Below are positions 45,697-56,400 of a DNA stretch of 62,139 bases, piece by piece. The notes under the pieces are model-generated. The model saw nothing but the letters and a program-made list of their open reading frames with translations. It did not search any database and was not told where the DNA came from. The stretch is from a virus. Taxonomy: Duplodnaviria > Caudoviricetes. The number at the start of each line of letters is the position of its first letter. The stretch's first letter is position 1. The position numbers and the translations under genes are program-made. Location: the IMG/VR virus record IMGVR_UViG_3300023179_000110, positions 1-62,139 of that record; one strand, given 5' to 3'.

Positions 45697-46079
45697 TATG
45701 AGGTTCCTGTTCCTTTTATGTGTAGTGTCAATCCGTTTTTTGCTCTTGTGGGTTGTAGAAATGTGATGGAAGTTAAAAATCTTGGCGAGTCGTCCACCAT
45801 CACTCCTGCATCTACAAGTCCGTCAATGGCCGCTTTACATGCTGGGTTGCATGCCCCAACATCTTGAAGTCGTCCTTTTTCTTGCTGTACCGCTACTGTG
45901 ATTTGCACATCCGTCAGTTGCGGTATTTGTTGCTGTTTGGCTAGGTAGTAAAAGGCAGTTCGCCATGTTTTGACATTGTTTGCCCTTTCCCACCTGTTTC
46001 CTGCTCGTTCTGCGTTTGTCGTCCACGGTTTTTGAGCAAAATGGAGCGTGAACTCATGGGTGTGAGTCGTGCTACACAT
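45696..46079 (-). CDS. RusA-like Holliday junction resolvase
   Basis: TTN.ER...D......KAAIDGLVDAGV..DDS. Confidence 0.8.
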   Translation of the reverse strand: MCSTTHTHEFTLHFAQKPWTTNAERAGNRWERANNVKTWRTAFYYLAKQQQIPQLTDVQITVAVQQEKGRLQDVGACNPACKAAIDGLVDAGVMVDDSPRFLTSITFLQPTRAKNGLTLHIKGTGTS

Positions 46080-46109
46080 AAACCGTAGTTTAACAACTCA
46101 AGTTGTGTA

Positions 46110-46496
46110 TTACAAGTCATTTTGAGTGCCTTTTTCTGTGGTTTCTACCCACAAAAACTTGGTTCCATCGTTCAAAATGGTGAACATTTGCCCTTCTTTG
46201 TTGGTAAACGGTACAACTTCAGCGTCTTGTCCCCGTCTTACAAGCAATCCGAGTTCGTATGCTTGCTCACGGTTTGACTCAACCCAACCGTGGCATCCTG
46301 TGGTTCCTGAGCCACATAAAACCAATAAATTTGCTGGTTCATTGATTTCTTTGACTCTTGTACCACCCATTCCTCTTGGAGTTCGGTGATGAATGTTTAG
46401 TGAACTGTTTTTCCAGCCACAGTATTCGCAAGTGAAATAGGCTCGTGCCAAAACTTCACGCCTTGTGTCTGGATGCACTTTTTGAGATTTGCTCAT
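46110..46496 (-). CDS. HNH endonuclease
   Basis: CEYC....IHHR..RGMGG....NL..LCGSGTTGCHG. Confidence 0.88.
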   Translation of the reverse strand: MSKSQKVHPDTRREVLARAYFTCEYCGWKNSSLNIHHRTPRGMGGTRVKEINEPANLLVLCGSGTTGCHGWVESNREQAYELGLLVRRGQDAEVVPFTNKEGQMFTILNDGTKFLWVETTEKGTQNDL

Positions 46497-46843
46497 TTTA
46501 TCCTTCTTAGTTTTGCTAGTGCTTCTTTGAACTCTGGAGTTGGCGGTACGCCTTCTTGGGCACTACGCTCCAAACTTGCTTGTTTTTCGCTCTCAGTACG
46601 CTTGTGAGCCCTCCACGGCACATTCAGGTGGCTGGGCATGATTCTTTCGGTAGAAACGCTGTAGTGGCGTTTAAGGGCTTCTACGGCAAATTCAAAAGTC
46701 AGGTCGTCATCTAAAATGAGTTCCCACGCATAAACACGGGCTTCATCCACAGAAATCCTGTCATCTACGGCTTTAACCATCGTTAGCAATCTGGCGAGGT
46801 CTGAACGCTTCAATTTCTGCCACCATCCCTTCCTGAGCCTCAA
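46493..46843 (-). CDS. Putative replicative helicase loader/inhibitor (start uncertain)
   Basis: D.R......AW..IL......A..A...HY......IMP; directly after the replication initiator. Confidence 0.6.
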   Translation of the reverse strand: MRLRKGWWQKLKRSDLARLLTMVKAVDDRISVDEARVYAWELILDDDLTFEFAVEALKRHYSVSTERIMPSHLNVPWRAHKRTESEKQASLERSAQEGVPPTPEFKEALAKLRRIK

Positions 46844-47537
46844 ACTGGCGAACCAAGTTCAATCCCGTGGCTATGCTGTCATTTCTCGCTGAACTCGTGC
46901 TACGGGTTCCATTCGCAGTCAACCATGCATAAGCCGAGTCCAGCCTTGCATGACCATCTGTTGCACACTTTTTGGCAGATTCTATGAGTCGAGTCGGCTC
47001 AACCCCTTGTTCAAGCATGATTCTCGCTTCACGGGATAATTGACCAATCTGCCGAGCCAATGGTTTTTCCCCATGCAACTCAATCCAAGTATCCACATAA
47101 GCACCTACAACTTCCCTAGCAGTTATGGGAGCATCAACCGCAGGTTGTAGTTCTTTTAATAAGTCTTTTGTATTAGTCTTTTCTAAGGTGCCTGAGTTAC
47201 CGATGACTGGAAATCCGTCTTCGGTGTTATTTGGATTTGCGTACTCTGGGTGGTCGTAGATAGTCCACAAGGTTTCCCAATGACCCAACTCGTTCTGTGA
47301 TTTTGACCTTACGAGATACCCTGCTTCTTCCATCTCAGTCAAACATTTGCGTATGGCATCTCGACCTTCAATTGAGGCTTTTGCAAGGGTTACGGAATCG
47401 GTTCGCCAATTATCTGGCAACGACAAAATGTAAATCAGCAGTCCACGGGCACGGTAGGACAAACGAGAATCTTGAGCGACATCGTTGCGTACTACCGTGA
47501 ACCCTGCATTTGGACGCTGGGCACGGATAATGCTCAT
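46773..47537 (-). CDS. Phage replication initiator (HTH)
   Basis: FTVVRN...D.RLS.RARGLL.YILS.PDNW.......EGRDAI...L.E.E.AGY. Confidence 0.82.
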   Translation of the reverse strand: MSIIRAQRPNAGFTVVRNDVAQDSRLSYRARGLLIYILSLPDNWRTDSVTLAKASIEGRDAIRKCLTEMEEAGYLVRSKSQNELGHWETLWTIYDHPEYANPNNTEDGFPVIGNSGTLEKTNTKDLLKELQPAVDAPITAREVVGAYVDTWIELHGEKPLARQIGQLSREARIMLEQGVEPTRLIESAKKCATDGHARLDSAYAWLTANGTRSTSSARNDSIATGLNLVRQFEAQEGMVAEIEAFRPRQIANDG

Positions 47538-47545
47538 TAAAATCC

Positions 47546-48160
47546 TTACTTGGTGAGTTCAGTAAAGCGTTGAGTGTACACCGTGCGAAGTGATTTTTTC
47601 TCTTTGTCCGTGAAATTGTAGTTGCCAACGGTTTGAGCAATTTCCGTCAATTTTTCTGGAGTTTCGGCTTCCAACAACCCTGCGTGTACCGTGTTGTACT
47701 CTTCCTCGGTTGCTGGTGGCAACGGCTCTGAACGCTCGTAGGACACAGAATCTGGGTCAGGCTCATCAGTTGGCAGTGCCAATGCCTGTAGCAATGCTGT
47801 GCGGAAAGCAACGGACATCGCTTTGGACATTGCTTTGTCACCTGAGTCCATGGCTTCAGACACCACCACGGCTTCAATTGCGTCCCCAGCAATACCAATG
47901 AACTTGTACGACACTTTTAAAATTACATGACTCATCGGTGTGCGGTTTTTGCCAATTTCGACTGTGCCGTATTGATGTTCCAAAACGACAGGCACGACCA
48001 CTACCTTGTGCTTACGCAAGGCTGGTGCAACTGCGTTTACAACTGCATCAATGCCACGGAAACTAAAACCTTGGGCATTGTTGCGGTCTTTTTTAGCGAC
48101 TGCTTGCACATCTTCCATAACGAGAGCAAGCGATTGTTGAATGGTGGGGTTCTCTGACAT
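47546..48160 (-). CDS. ERF family single-strand annealing protein
   Basis: F.FRGID.VVN...PAL......EAMDSGDKA..KAMS.A.R.AL......PT...DPD. Confidence 0.88.
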   Translation of the reverse strand: MSENPTIQQSLALVMEDVQAVAKKDRNNAQGFSFRGIDAVVNAVAPALRKHKVVVVPVVLEHQYGTVEIGKNRTPMSHVILKVSYKFIGIAGDAIEAVVVSEAMDSGDKAMSKAMSVAFRTALLQALALPTDEPDPDSVSYERSEPLPPATEEEYNTVHAGLLEAETPEKLTEIAQTVGNYNFTDKEKKSLRTVYTQRFTELTK

Positions 48161-48161
48161 T

Positions 48162-48704
48162 CTACTCCGATTCGATTGTGATTGAGGTGGACTCTGGCTG
48201 TACGGTTACGCCTTGTACGACTTCGCCTGTAGCCTTAAGGACGACTTTATCGCCCACAATGTCAAACAGTTCCTTAAATACCGAAACTGCTGGTTCTTCT
48301 TTGACTCGTATCAATTCGCTGGACTCGGTAGCCTTTGCCCAACCTAGAAAAACTTCTGCGTCTTCAACTTTTACCTTGGCTGAACTCGCACGAGTCTTAA
48401 TGGTGCCATGAGGCAAGGTAATGGTTTTGCGGTTTTCGGTAGTCCGAACTTGATTGGCGTATTCGGTCAAGATACCAACGAAATAATTCTCGTCTTTTGC
48501 CAATGATTCATCTGCCTTTTCCAGCCAAGATGTAATTCTCGCCAACTCACTTTCAAACAGTTTGCGATTTTCTTTGATTTTTTTTCTCACCGACAACAAT
48601 TGACGCAATGCCCAATTTGCGGAAGAATCGTCCGTTATTCTAAACGCTTGTTTTACAACAAGGTCTTCTGTTTTTGTGTCATCAAATTCATGAATGTTTT
48701 CCAT
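48162..48704 (-). CDS. Mu Gam-like host-nuclease inhibitor
   Basis: FRITDDSSANWALR...KTITLPHG.IK.R...GEVVQGV. Confidence 0.82.
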   Translation of the reverse strand: MENIHEFDDTKTEDLVVKQAFRITDDSSANWALRQLLSVRKKIKENRKLFESELARITSWLEKADESLAKDENYFVGILTEYANQVRTTENRKTITLPHGTIKTRASSAKVKVEDAEVFLGWAKATESSELIRVKEEPAVSVFKELFDIVGDKVVLKATGEVVQGVTVQPESTSITIESE

Positions 48705-48897
48705 GATTAACTCCTAACTTTGAGTCCAGAATACACCTTTGGTTTAGAAAGTCAAATACGGCTTGTATCGTCACAACAAAAAAGAAAAAATAAGAACAGC
48801 AAGATTTTAAATTTCACTTGCGAGAGCAACTGGTAAGGGGTTCCCAGTCGCTCGGCTGGAACTGGAGTGTTTTTTCCCTTTTCACTCCAGTTTCAGT

Positions 48898-49188
48898 CTA
48901 TTGACGATTGGTTAAGAGAGCCTGTAAAAGTTCCCGAATAATGGTAATTTCGCCCGAAATTTCGTTATTAACACGCTCATTTGCGTTAACTTTATCCATC
49001 AAACTAGAGCCACCGTTGGGCCACAATTGGTGTTCAACTCTACCAATACGCTCTGACACGGTGCGACCTTCTCTGTCTAATCCTATGGAGGCATCAATTC
49101 GTTTAGTCAACTGATAGATTTTAACAATCCCACCGAGGATTACAATTATTGAGCAGGTAATTGCCAAATAGGATTGCCAAAGTGTCAC
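48898..49188 (-). CDS. Small membrane protein (possible holin-associated)
   Basis: N-terminal TM, PNGGSSL.D motif; end of tail operon. Confidence 0.7.
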   Translation of the reverse strand: MTLWQSYLAITCSIIVILGGIVKIYQLTKRIDASIGLDREGRTVSERIGRVEHQLWPNGGSSLMDKVNANERVNNEISGEITIIRELLQALLTNRQ

Positions 49189-49242
49189 TTATTCACTCCA
49201 CTAAGTTTGTTTGAACATTAAACTTAGTTTACATAAATAATG

Positions 49243-49998
49243 TTACGGAGTTTCATAGACATAAGTAAAAATTAGACGAGAACCAGATGCCCACCAACTT
49301 GCTGAAGGTATTGTTGAAGTTACGCCACTCAAAGAAGCATAAGTAGAACCAGTGTTTTGAGCATACAAACGAATTGTCGTGTCAGTATCTTGCATAGCCA
49401 CCCCACTAAAATAAGTGGCACCGTTGTACAAAACAACGCCAGTTTGAGCCAAACGATAATTTTGACTGGATGAGGTCACGGGTAAACTTACAGCGAAAAT
49501 GTTGGTGCTACCCGTAGCACTGGCTCCAGTTCCAGCCAACAAATTAAACTTACAAATTACAGTTTTTCCAATTTGAACCCACTTGTAATACTTTGTTGGG
49601 CTTGTACCTTCAGTAAAATTTGTTAAAGTTGGAGTCCAAGTTTGCCAAGAATCCAAAAAAGAAGAAGCGTCAACTCTTTGCTGACCAATGGCTAAATAAT
49701 CCGTGTCAATTTTTAACAACCACACGGCTTTGCCGACAACTGGTTCAAAATTATTGAGCATTTTAATTGGACTGATTGCGGTTGAAGAACCGCCAACATA
49801 GACACTTAAAGTCCCTTTTGTAGAATCAAAAGACGCAATTTTGCCCAATACACATTTTAAATTAGGTAAAGCATTGCTGAATGTGTCAACAAAACTGTCA
49901 AACATGCCAGTTTCAAAATTAAAATTGAATTCTGTGCCGTATTCAACTGAAGTTTCTGTTGAATTTCCAGCCTTTGTGGGCGTTAAATCATCCATCAA
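49243..49998 (-). CDS. Minor tail / fibre protein
   Basis: WQTWTPTLT...QIGKTV...SLPV receptor-binding-type C-terminus. Confidence 0.7.
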   Translation of the reverse strand: MMDDLTPTKAGNSTETSVEYGTEFNFNFETGMFDSFVDTFSNALPNLKCVLGKIASFDSTKGTLSVYVGGSSTAISPIKMLNNFEPVVGKAVWLLKIDTDYLAIGQQRVDASSFLDSWQTWTPTLTNFTEGTSPTKYYKWVQIGKTVICKFNLLAGTGASATGSTNIFAVSLPVTSSSQNYRLAQTGVVLYNGATYFSGVAMQDTDTTIRLYAQNTGSTYASLSGVTSTIPSASWWASGSRLIFTYVYETP

Positions 49999-50639
49999 TT
50001 AAAACCGTAAACTTTGATGGTTCCCGTGTAAACACCTGAAGTTAAATTGAATTTAATGCCATCATAAGAGGTATTTGCCTTGTGCATACCTGCGTAATTT
50101 GCCATGCCCATCATGCCACCACTGCTTTGATTTGGAATAATACCTCGTGCATAAAAATGAGTTTGATTTGCTACTTGTGGTTGCATAATTTCCAAAATTA
50201 AACTTGCATTTTGCCCAGTTACTGAAGTTGCCCCGTAATTCCATGGCATTTTCCAACTTGTGTCAGTTTGACCTTCATCAACTCCAGTTATGCTGGAAAC
50301 AGAGTAGTAAATGTATCTACCTGCCCACGCATAATTTCCTGAAGTTGCTTCAGTGGTACCACCCGAACGCAATTGCACGGTGCAAGTTGACGGTGTGGAT
50401 AATGCACTAATCACCGTGTCAACAATAATTTTGTAATGTTTGTAAGTTGAAGTAAAAATACTGTCAATTACAACACTTGATAGATTTGTGTTAAAAGTCG
50501 TAGTACTGACCAAAAACATGCCAACTTTGTTTGTAACATCATTATTAACATCTGATGCCAAATTTTGTATGTCAGTTGCAATGTTTGGGGTATCCGAATT
50601 AGACGGATAACGATAACCTCTAGATGTTGTGCCAGCCAT
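49995..50639 (-). CDS. Minor tail / fibre protein
   Basis: TT.RG.RYP...D.P....DIQNLA; FTSTYKHYKI...GTIKVYG. Confidence 0.72.
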   Translation of the reverse strand: MAGTTSRGYRYPSNSDTPNIATDIQNLASDVNNDVTNKVGMFLVSTTTFNTNLSSVVIDSIFTSTYKHYKIIVDTVISALSTPSTCTVQLRSGGTTEATSGNYAWAGRYIYYSVSSITGVDEGQTDTSWKMPWNYGATSVTGQNASLILEIMQPQVANQTHFYARGIIPNQSSGGMMGMANYAGMHKANTSYDGIKFNLTSGVYTGTIKVYGFN

Positions 50640-50667
50640 GAAAACTCCTCAATTTTCTAATAGTGTA

Positions 50668-51960
50668 TCAACTCAACGGCAAAAACTTGATAGAACGAGC
50701 CTTAGCCGACATGGACTCATTAGCCCCAAAAGGTATGTTTAATGAGTCAATAATAAGAACAACATTTACTTGTGCCCCAGTATTTTGCACTTGAACTACA
50801 TCGAAAACATCATGAGCAGGGTTTGTTATTGAAGTCCAAGTAATTTCTTCGTTGGCTCCTATGTAACGATACAAACTACGAACTGCCGTAGCATTGCAAA
50901 TAGCCTGTGTCGTAAGCAAATTAGAGGTCAAGAAAATTGGAACTTGTCCAAAACTGCCGTAACGATAAGTGGGCGAACTTGAGTCCTCATCCCACGCCGT
51001 TGCCATAAAAGGCTCAGGCATAGCAGTGCCCGTAGCCGTTAAATGAACGCCGTTGTAAGTGTTGTCTGACGAAATTTTTCTACTGACGCTTAACAAAACA
51101 GCCTCTGAGCCTTCTTGATAAGTCACCATTGGAATCATTGTGGATGCATCTGGAATAGCGTTGAGAGTACAAACACCATCTGCATCAAAATACAAATCGT
51201 AACCGCAAGCATTGGCAATTTCTACTGCTTTTGTCCATGGGTCTTCTCCAATTCCGATGGTAAAAGCGTTAATGTTTAAATCAATAGGCGTAAAATTTAA
51301 TTTAACATCAGCCCATCTGCTTTGTATTAAATTAGTAAGAGCAGTTACTAAATTAATAATTTCAGTGCCAGTTGAACCAGCCGTTCCTCCTGACGAGTAA
51401 TAAGGAGCATCAGTAAATTTATTGCGACTGATACGCAATGAACGGTCAACACCATCTACTTTTACAGTAACGCCATTGTCGTTGGAATCAACCTCAACAC
51501 TGGTGATGAGAAACACGCCAAGCGACACTTCTTCAATTGTTCCGTCATCGTACTCAATGCCACGCCAAACGGTAATTTCATTACCAAAAGGAGTTAAGGG
51601 TGAATAAGCATTGGTTGGAACATAGGTTGGAACTGAAGAACTGATAATGCTGTAAGACAAAATTTGCAGAATAGATGCATAAGTTCCGTAATTGCTTGAA
51701 TACCAAGAATAATTACTACCTAAAGTATTAACATCTGCGTAAGTGTTGTAAACAGGTATGGTGTTGGAAAATTGAGTTCCTTCTTCTGTCAATGTCATAG
51801 TCATAGTACGGCGGAAAGTATTTGACGCATCAACCGTGACATTTCCACTGTTCGGATAAAGTTCTAAAACTTTTTGTCCAAAAGCCCTGACTTCACATCG
51901 GATTGTAGCCTTGTGGCTATGCCGTACCGCATTTAAAAATTTTGATGTAACTGGATACAT
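50668..51960 (-). CDS. Minor tail (baseplate hub, DUF5047-like) protein
   Basis: MYPVTSKF..AVR.SH...PFGNEI...RGI...LGVF.I...DRS. Confidence 0.78.
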   Translation of the reverse strand: MYPVTSKFLNAVRHSHKATIRCEVRAFGQKVLELYPNSGNVTVDASNTFRRTMTMTLTEEGTQFSNTIPVYNTYADVNTLGSNYSWYSSNYGTYASILQILSYSIISSSVPTYVPTNAYSPLTPFGNEITVWRGIEYDDGTIEEVSLGVFLITSVEVDSNDNGVTVKVDGVDRSLRISRNKFTDAPYYSSGGTAGSTGTEIINLVTALTNLIQSRWADVKLNFTPIDLNINAFTIGIGEDPWTKAVEIANACGYDLYFDADGVCTLNAIPDASTMIPMVTYQEGSEAVLLSVSRKISSDNTYNGVHLTATGTAMPEPFMATAWDEDSSSPTYRYGSFGQVPIFLTSNLLTTQAICNATAVRSLYRYIGANEEITWTSITNPAHDVFDVVQVQNTGAQVNVVLIIDSLNIPFGANESMSAKARSIKFLPLS

Positions 51961-51962
51961 GG

Positions 51963-53486
51963 TTACGGCACAACTTCAATGTAATCAATCTTTAAACTAC
52001 GAACTCTACGACCACTTGTACCAGCCAAATCAAGTTCACGAGTAATAAACCGTACATACTTTTGAGTTCCGTAAGGGTCTTGTACCAAAATAATGCACTG
52101 AGATTTCAACACATTTTCCATTGCATTCCATTCGGAATCATTTGTTAATGAAATCTGATAGTGACCATCATTTTGATAAATAGAACCTGCCACTACCACG
52201 GCATTGTCACGATTTAACGGGCGAAAAGTTCCTGTCGTTTCAACAATTGTTTCACTAATGCCATAATTAACTCGAACACCACCAATGTTGTAAGCAGGAA
52301 AAACAATAGGTTTAAACCACCATGTTCCGTCATTTGTAACTACAACCGTGCTTACTGAACTCCAAGCAGATACAAAAACATTAGAACCAACCGTGCCAAT
52401 TGCACGAACTCGGTAATAAACGGTAGTTCGGTAAGCCTCGTAATCAGTTACGGACGCAACATAACTGCCATTTGGCACTAATTCTGAAGCATTTGTAACA
52501 TCAGTCCAAGTAACTTGTGCATCATCTGAACGCTGTATTTGAAAAACTTGAGTGCCAGCAGAGTAAATGGCTCCAGTTGCGGTCAAAGAAACGCTGTTAG
52601 TTGTTGAACTGTAAGAGGCGGATAGAGTCGGAGCAGTTGGCGTAGAAACCGCCATTGTCAAAGCCGTTGAAGTTGTCCAATCTGAATAAAAAATTGACCC
52701 AGCAATTTTTTTGCCAGCCTTGACATAAAATTTGTAAGTTCCGTTTGGAATCAAATCTAGTGCAGTTGCAAACAAATCATAAGATGCAGTTTCACCAGAA
52801 TCATAAAAAGCCGTTGAAGTTTCTGGGTCAAATCCTGATGCAGAATACTGAGCCGTTGTAAAAACTTTCATGCGGTAATACTCTTGAGCATCGCCATCAG
52901 AATCCGTGTAAGTCCATGTAACTTGCGGATACGAAGTTGCAGTCGTTGAAGGATTAGTGACAACAATGGTCGGTTTGTTTGCTACAACAACATCAACATA
53001 CAATTCCAGCAAACTTACGGCGGAAACAGTTCCAGAATTTTCACCGTATTCAGTAACTTGTACAAATAAAGCATCTAAACGGTTTTGATTCCAAACTTGA
53101 CCATCTGGAGCATAAGTAAAGTAACCACCAGAAAAATCTGTTGCACTGGTGTACAAACCACGAATGCTTAATGGTTGAGAATAACTTGCAAGTCCAGATA
53201 CAACGGTTCCAATTTGTAAATCGTATTTACTGCTACTAACGGGTGTAGTTGCCCTTGCACGAACTCTTACATAACGAACCCTTTGAGATGAACTTAAGGT
53301 TGTAGTTGCCATGTTGAAATTCATGCGTTGAGTGCCAGTTACACTGGATTTCTTAATCACGCCAGTTGAGTCAACGGCAGGATTGTCGTCAATTGCTTGC
53401 CATAAATTACTTGTACCGCCAGCCAAAGTCTGAAAAGACGCTACGCCAGCCCCATCGCCATCAGGTCGTAAAACTACAGTTGCCAT
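51963..53486 (-). CDS. Minor tail protein with FN3/Ig-like domains (distal-tail-like)
   Basis: Follows the tape measure; WTYTD.DGD.Q, YYRVRA. Confidence 0.75.
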   Translation of the reverse strand: MATVVLRPDGDGAGVASFQTLAGGTSNLWQAIDDNPAVDSTGVIKKSSVTGTQRMNFNMATTTLSSSQRVRYVRVRARATTPVSSSKYDLQIGTVVSGLASYSQPLSIRGLYTSATDFSGGYFTYAPDGQVWNQNRLDALFVQVTEYGENSGTVSAVSLLELYVDVVVANKPTIVVTNPSTTATSYPQVTWTYTDSDGDAQEYYRMKVFTTAQYSASGFDPETSTAFYDSGETASYDLFATALDLIPNGTYKFYVKAGKKIAGSIFYSDWTTSTALTMAVSTPTAPTLSASYSSTTNSVSLTATGAIYSAGTQVFQIQRSDDAQVTWTDVTNASELVPNGSYVASVTDYEAYRTTVYYRVRAIGTVGSNVFVSAWSSVSTVVVTNDGTWWFKPIVFPAYNIGGVRVNYGISETIVETTGTFRPLNRDNAVVVAGSIYQNDGHYQISLTNDSEWNAMENVLKSQCIILVQDPYGTQKYVRFITRELDLAGTSGRRVRSLKIDYIEVVP

Positions 53487-53488
53487 AC

Positions 53489-56400
53489 TTACTTAGCCTT
53501 ACCTTGACGCACAGCCTCGGCAAACGCCTGTTTAATAGCCTTTGTCATCCACTTGTTCATTTCAACTCTTGTTGCATGGTCAACATTAGCCCCGAAATGG
53601 AACTGGAACGCACCATTTTGGAAAGTTTGAACTGTTGTAGCCTGTACACCTTTAGCCTCAGCCACACCCATGTTGAACTGAGATTTTGCACCAATGTCGC
53701 CAATTGCGTAGGCACCAACATCAATTGCAGATTGCAATGTATTGACTTTTTCTACACCACTTTTACCTGCACCAATCAAGGCTTTAGCCATCTTGTCGCC
53801 AGCCTCAGGTCCTGCTCCAATTAACTCCTGTAAATAAGCATTATTTAATCCCATACCAGCAAGAGTTTTTAAATCTTTGCCAAATTCGGTAATGCGAGCA
53901 AGACGCTGTTGAAGATTTGCGTAAATCATTTCTGCACTTACTGGTGTGTCAGCAGTTGCTTGCAAAGACATTAAACTGCCATAAGAACTAATGTTTTTGC
54001 GTATTTCATCAGCAAAATCTAAAACTTCTTGTGCTTTTCTTTTCATTTCATCTAAAACTGATTTAGCAGTGTCTTTAGCGATTTCTTTTGCACTTTTACC
54101 AAGTTTTTTAAGGTCATTAACCATTTTTTCATTTGCTGTGACAATTGGATTTTTACCCATGTCTTTTGGTTGTTCTGCACCTTTACCAAAAAGGTCGCCA
54201 GCAAGTTCACCAAAATTTTTGGCTGTTTCTTTTAATCTTGAAGCAAAATCATCGTTTGCGTGAGATAAAACTGTGTCACCAGCACTTGTAAGCCAAGCAC
54301 CAGCCTTTAATGCACCGTCAGAAATCGTGTTAACTACAGTATTTACAATACCTTCAACTTTTCCAGCAAAATCAGTGGCTTGGGCACCCCATTTCACTAA
54401 TTGAGTTCCAGCAATTCCAAAAGCCTTGCCTAAAAATTCAGCAACTTTTTCACCAACTGGTGTGTTGCCAACATTTCGCACGGTTTCAGCCCAAGAATCT
54501 AATTTGTCGGCAAATCCAAGCATTTGGTCGCCAATTTTGACTCCCCATTTTTGTGCAGTATCACCTAATTGAGCAGTTGAATCTTCAACTTCAGATTGTG
54601 CCCCAAGAATACCTTTAGCCCAATTTGTTACACCGTTAACTATGCTTTTGCCAAGATTCCAAATTGCCTTACCAACGCCTTTAAAAATTTCAAACAAAAT
54701 GTGACCAAGATTTTTTGCAATTCCAATTAATCCGTTGACAACTTCAGTAAATGATTGACCAAAAGATTGCATTCCAGTCAGCCATTTGCCAAGTCCACGC
54801 AATACCGTAGCAACTCCTTGTAAAATTGCGGAAATGACTGCACTGTAAACTTTTAAAATTCCGTTGACAACGGCTACTATTGCTTTGTAAAGAACCCCAT
54901 GGGCTTTAATGTTTTCTGACATGGCTAATAAAAATCTGCCGTACATAGTCAAAACAAAACCAATTACAGTAAAAATTGCTTTACCGATAGCGGTGTACCA
55001 TTGTCGAATGAATTTACCAAAACCACTGGTTGCACTCATCAATTGCCCGTATCCAGTCACAAGCCAACCCAATGCTTTTAATGCATAGCCAATTGTTGTC
55101 ATTACAATTTTTGCTATCGCATTAAACGCTTTATCCACATTTTTTGCAAATGCAGTAGAATGTTGATACGCATAAATAAACGCACCAACCAAAACAACAA
55201 TTACGGCTGTGGTAGCCAAAATTTGCCAGTTGACTCCAGCCAACATTTTTTTAACAAATTCAGTAGCCTTACCCCACAATTCAGTAGCCTTTGAAACTCC
55301 CTGAGTTCGCAACATGTAAATAGCCAAAATAGCGACAATTGCGTAAACAACAATTCGGTGTTTATCAAGCCATTGAACTCCAACTGCAAGCCATTTAGCC
55401 ATTCTTTCAAGACCCATAGCAACTAGATGCAACGCACCATTTAAAACTTTGCTAAATACGCCAGCAACTTCCATGCCAATGTTAAGTAAAGGTTTCAATG
55501 AAGTCACAATGCTCATTAATGCATGTTGAATTTCTGGACTGGTCAAAATCATGCCGACTAAAGCACCCAAAACAGGATTTAAACTTTCAAGAAATCCACC
55601 GATAAATGGCAAATCGCCCAAGAAAGTATTTCCAGCCTTAATAGCCAAAAATCCTGTTAAAGCAGTAATAAAAGGCATCAACATGGCAAATTTTTGAGCA
55701 AGGTGTTTAGTTTGAGCGTTTAACTCTGCAACTCCTTGAGCAGATTCACGCCATTTTTTGCTCATTTCAAAAAGTTCTTGTTTTTTCTTGAAAAATTCTG
55801 CAATTTTAGCAATCATTTCTGTTGCAGGTTTCATAATGTAAGTAAACACACGACCAATTGCATCAAAAATGTAATTTAAAGCACCACCTTCACGAACAAG
55901 ATGACTAAATGCTTTAGTTGCTTCATAGGCAGTAACAATCAAAGGTCCAAATGCTTTAGTTAGTCCTTGACCAACTGCTTCTTGAATGTCATCAAATAAA
56001 CGAGGAAATGAACGCAAAACTTTTGCAGGTTCTTTCATTGCTTTTTCATAAACGCCAGCAACTTTGGCACCTTCAGCAATAATCATGTTGGTGATGGCCG
56101 CTTTTTTATCCATTTCAGTCATGGATTTAACGCTCATGTGATTGGCAACAGCGTATTCACTAAATGCTTCTGAAGCAGATTTTGTAATACCAACGGAACG
56201 AAGCATTTGCGTATCTTGATTCATGATGGCGTAAGTCAAACGGGTTGCAGTTTCCGTTGAATTGGATTGCGAGATAACAGCCAAATCCTGAGCAACACGA
56301 GAAACTTGTTGAGCCTTAGCCACATCAAGATTTGCTTTTGCATAAAGCAAAACCATTTCTTGGGCCGCATGCATTTCAATACCGTTATCACGAACAGCAA

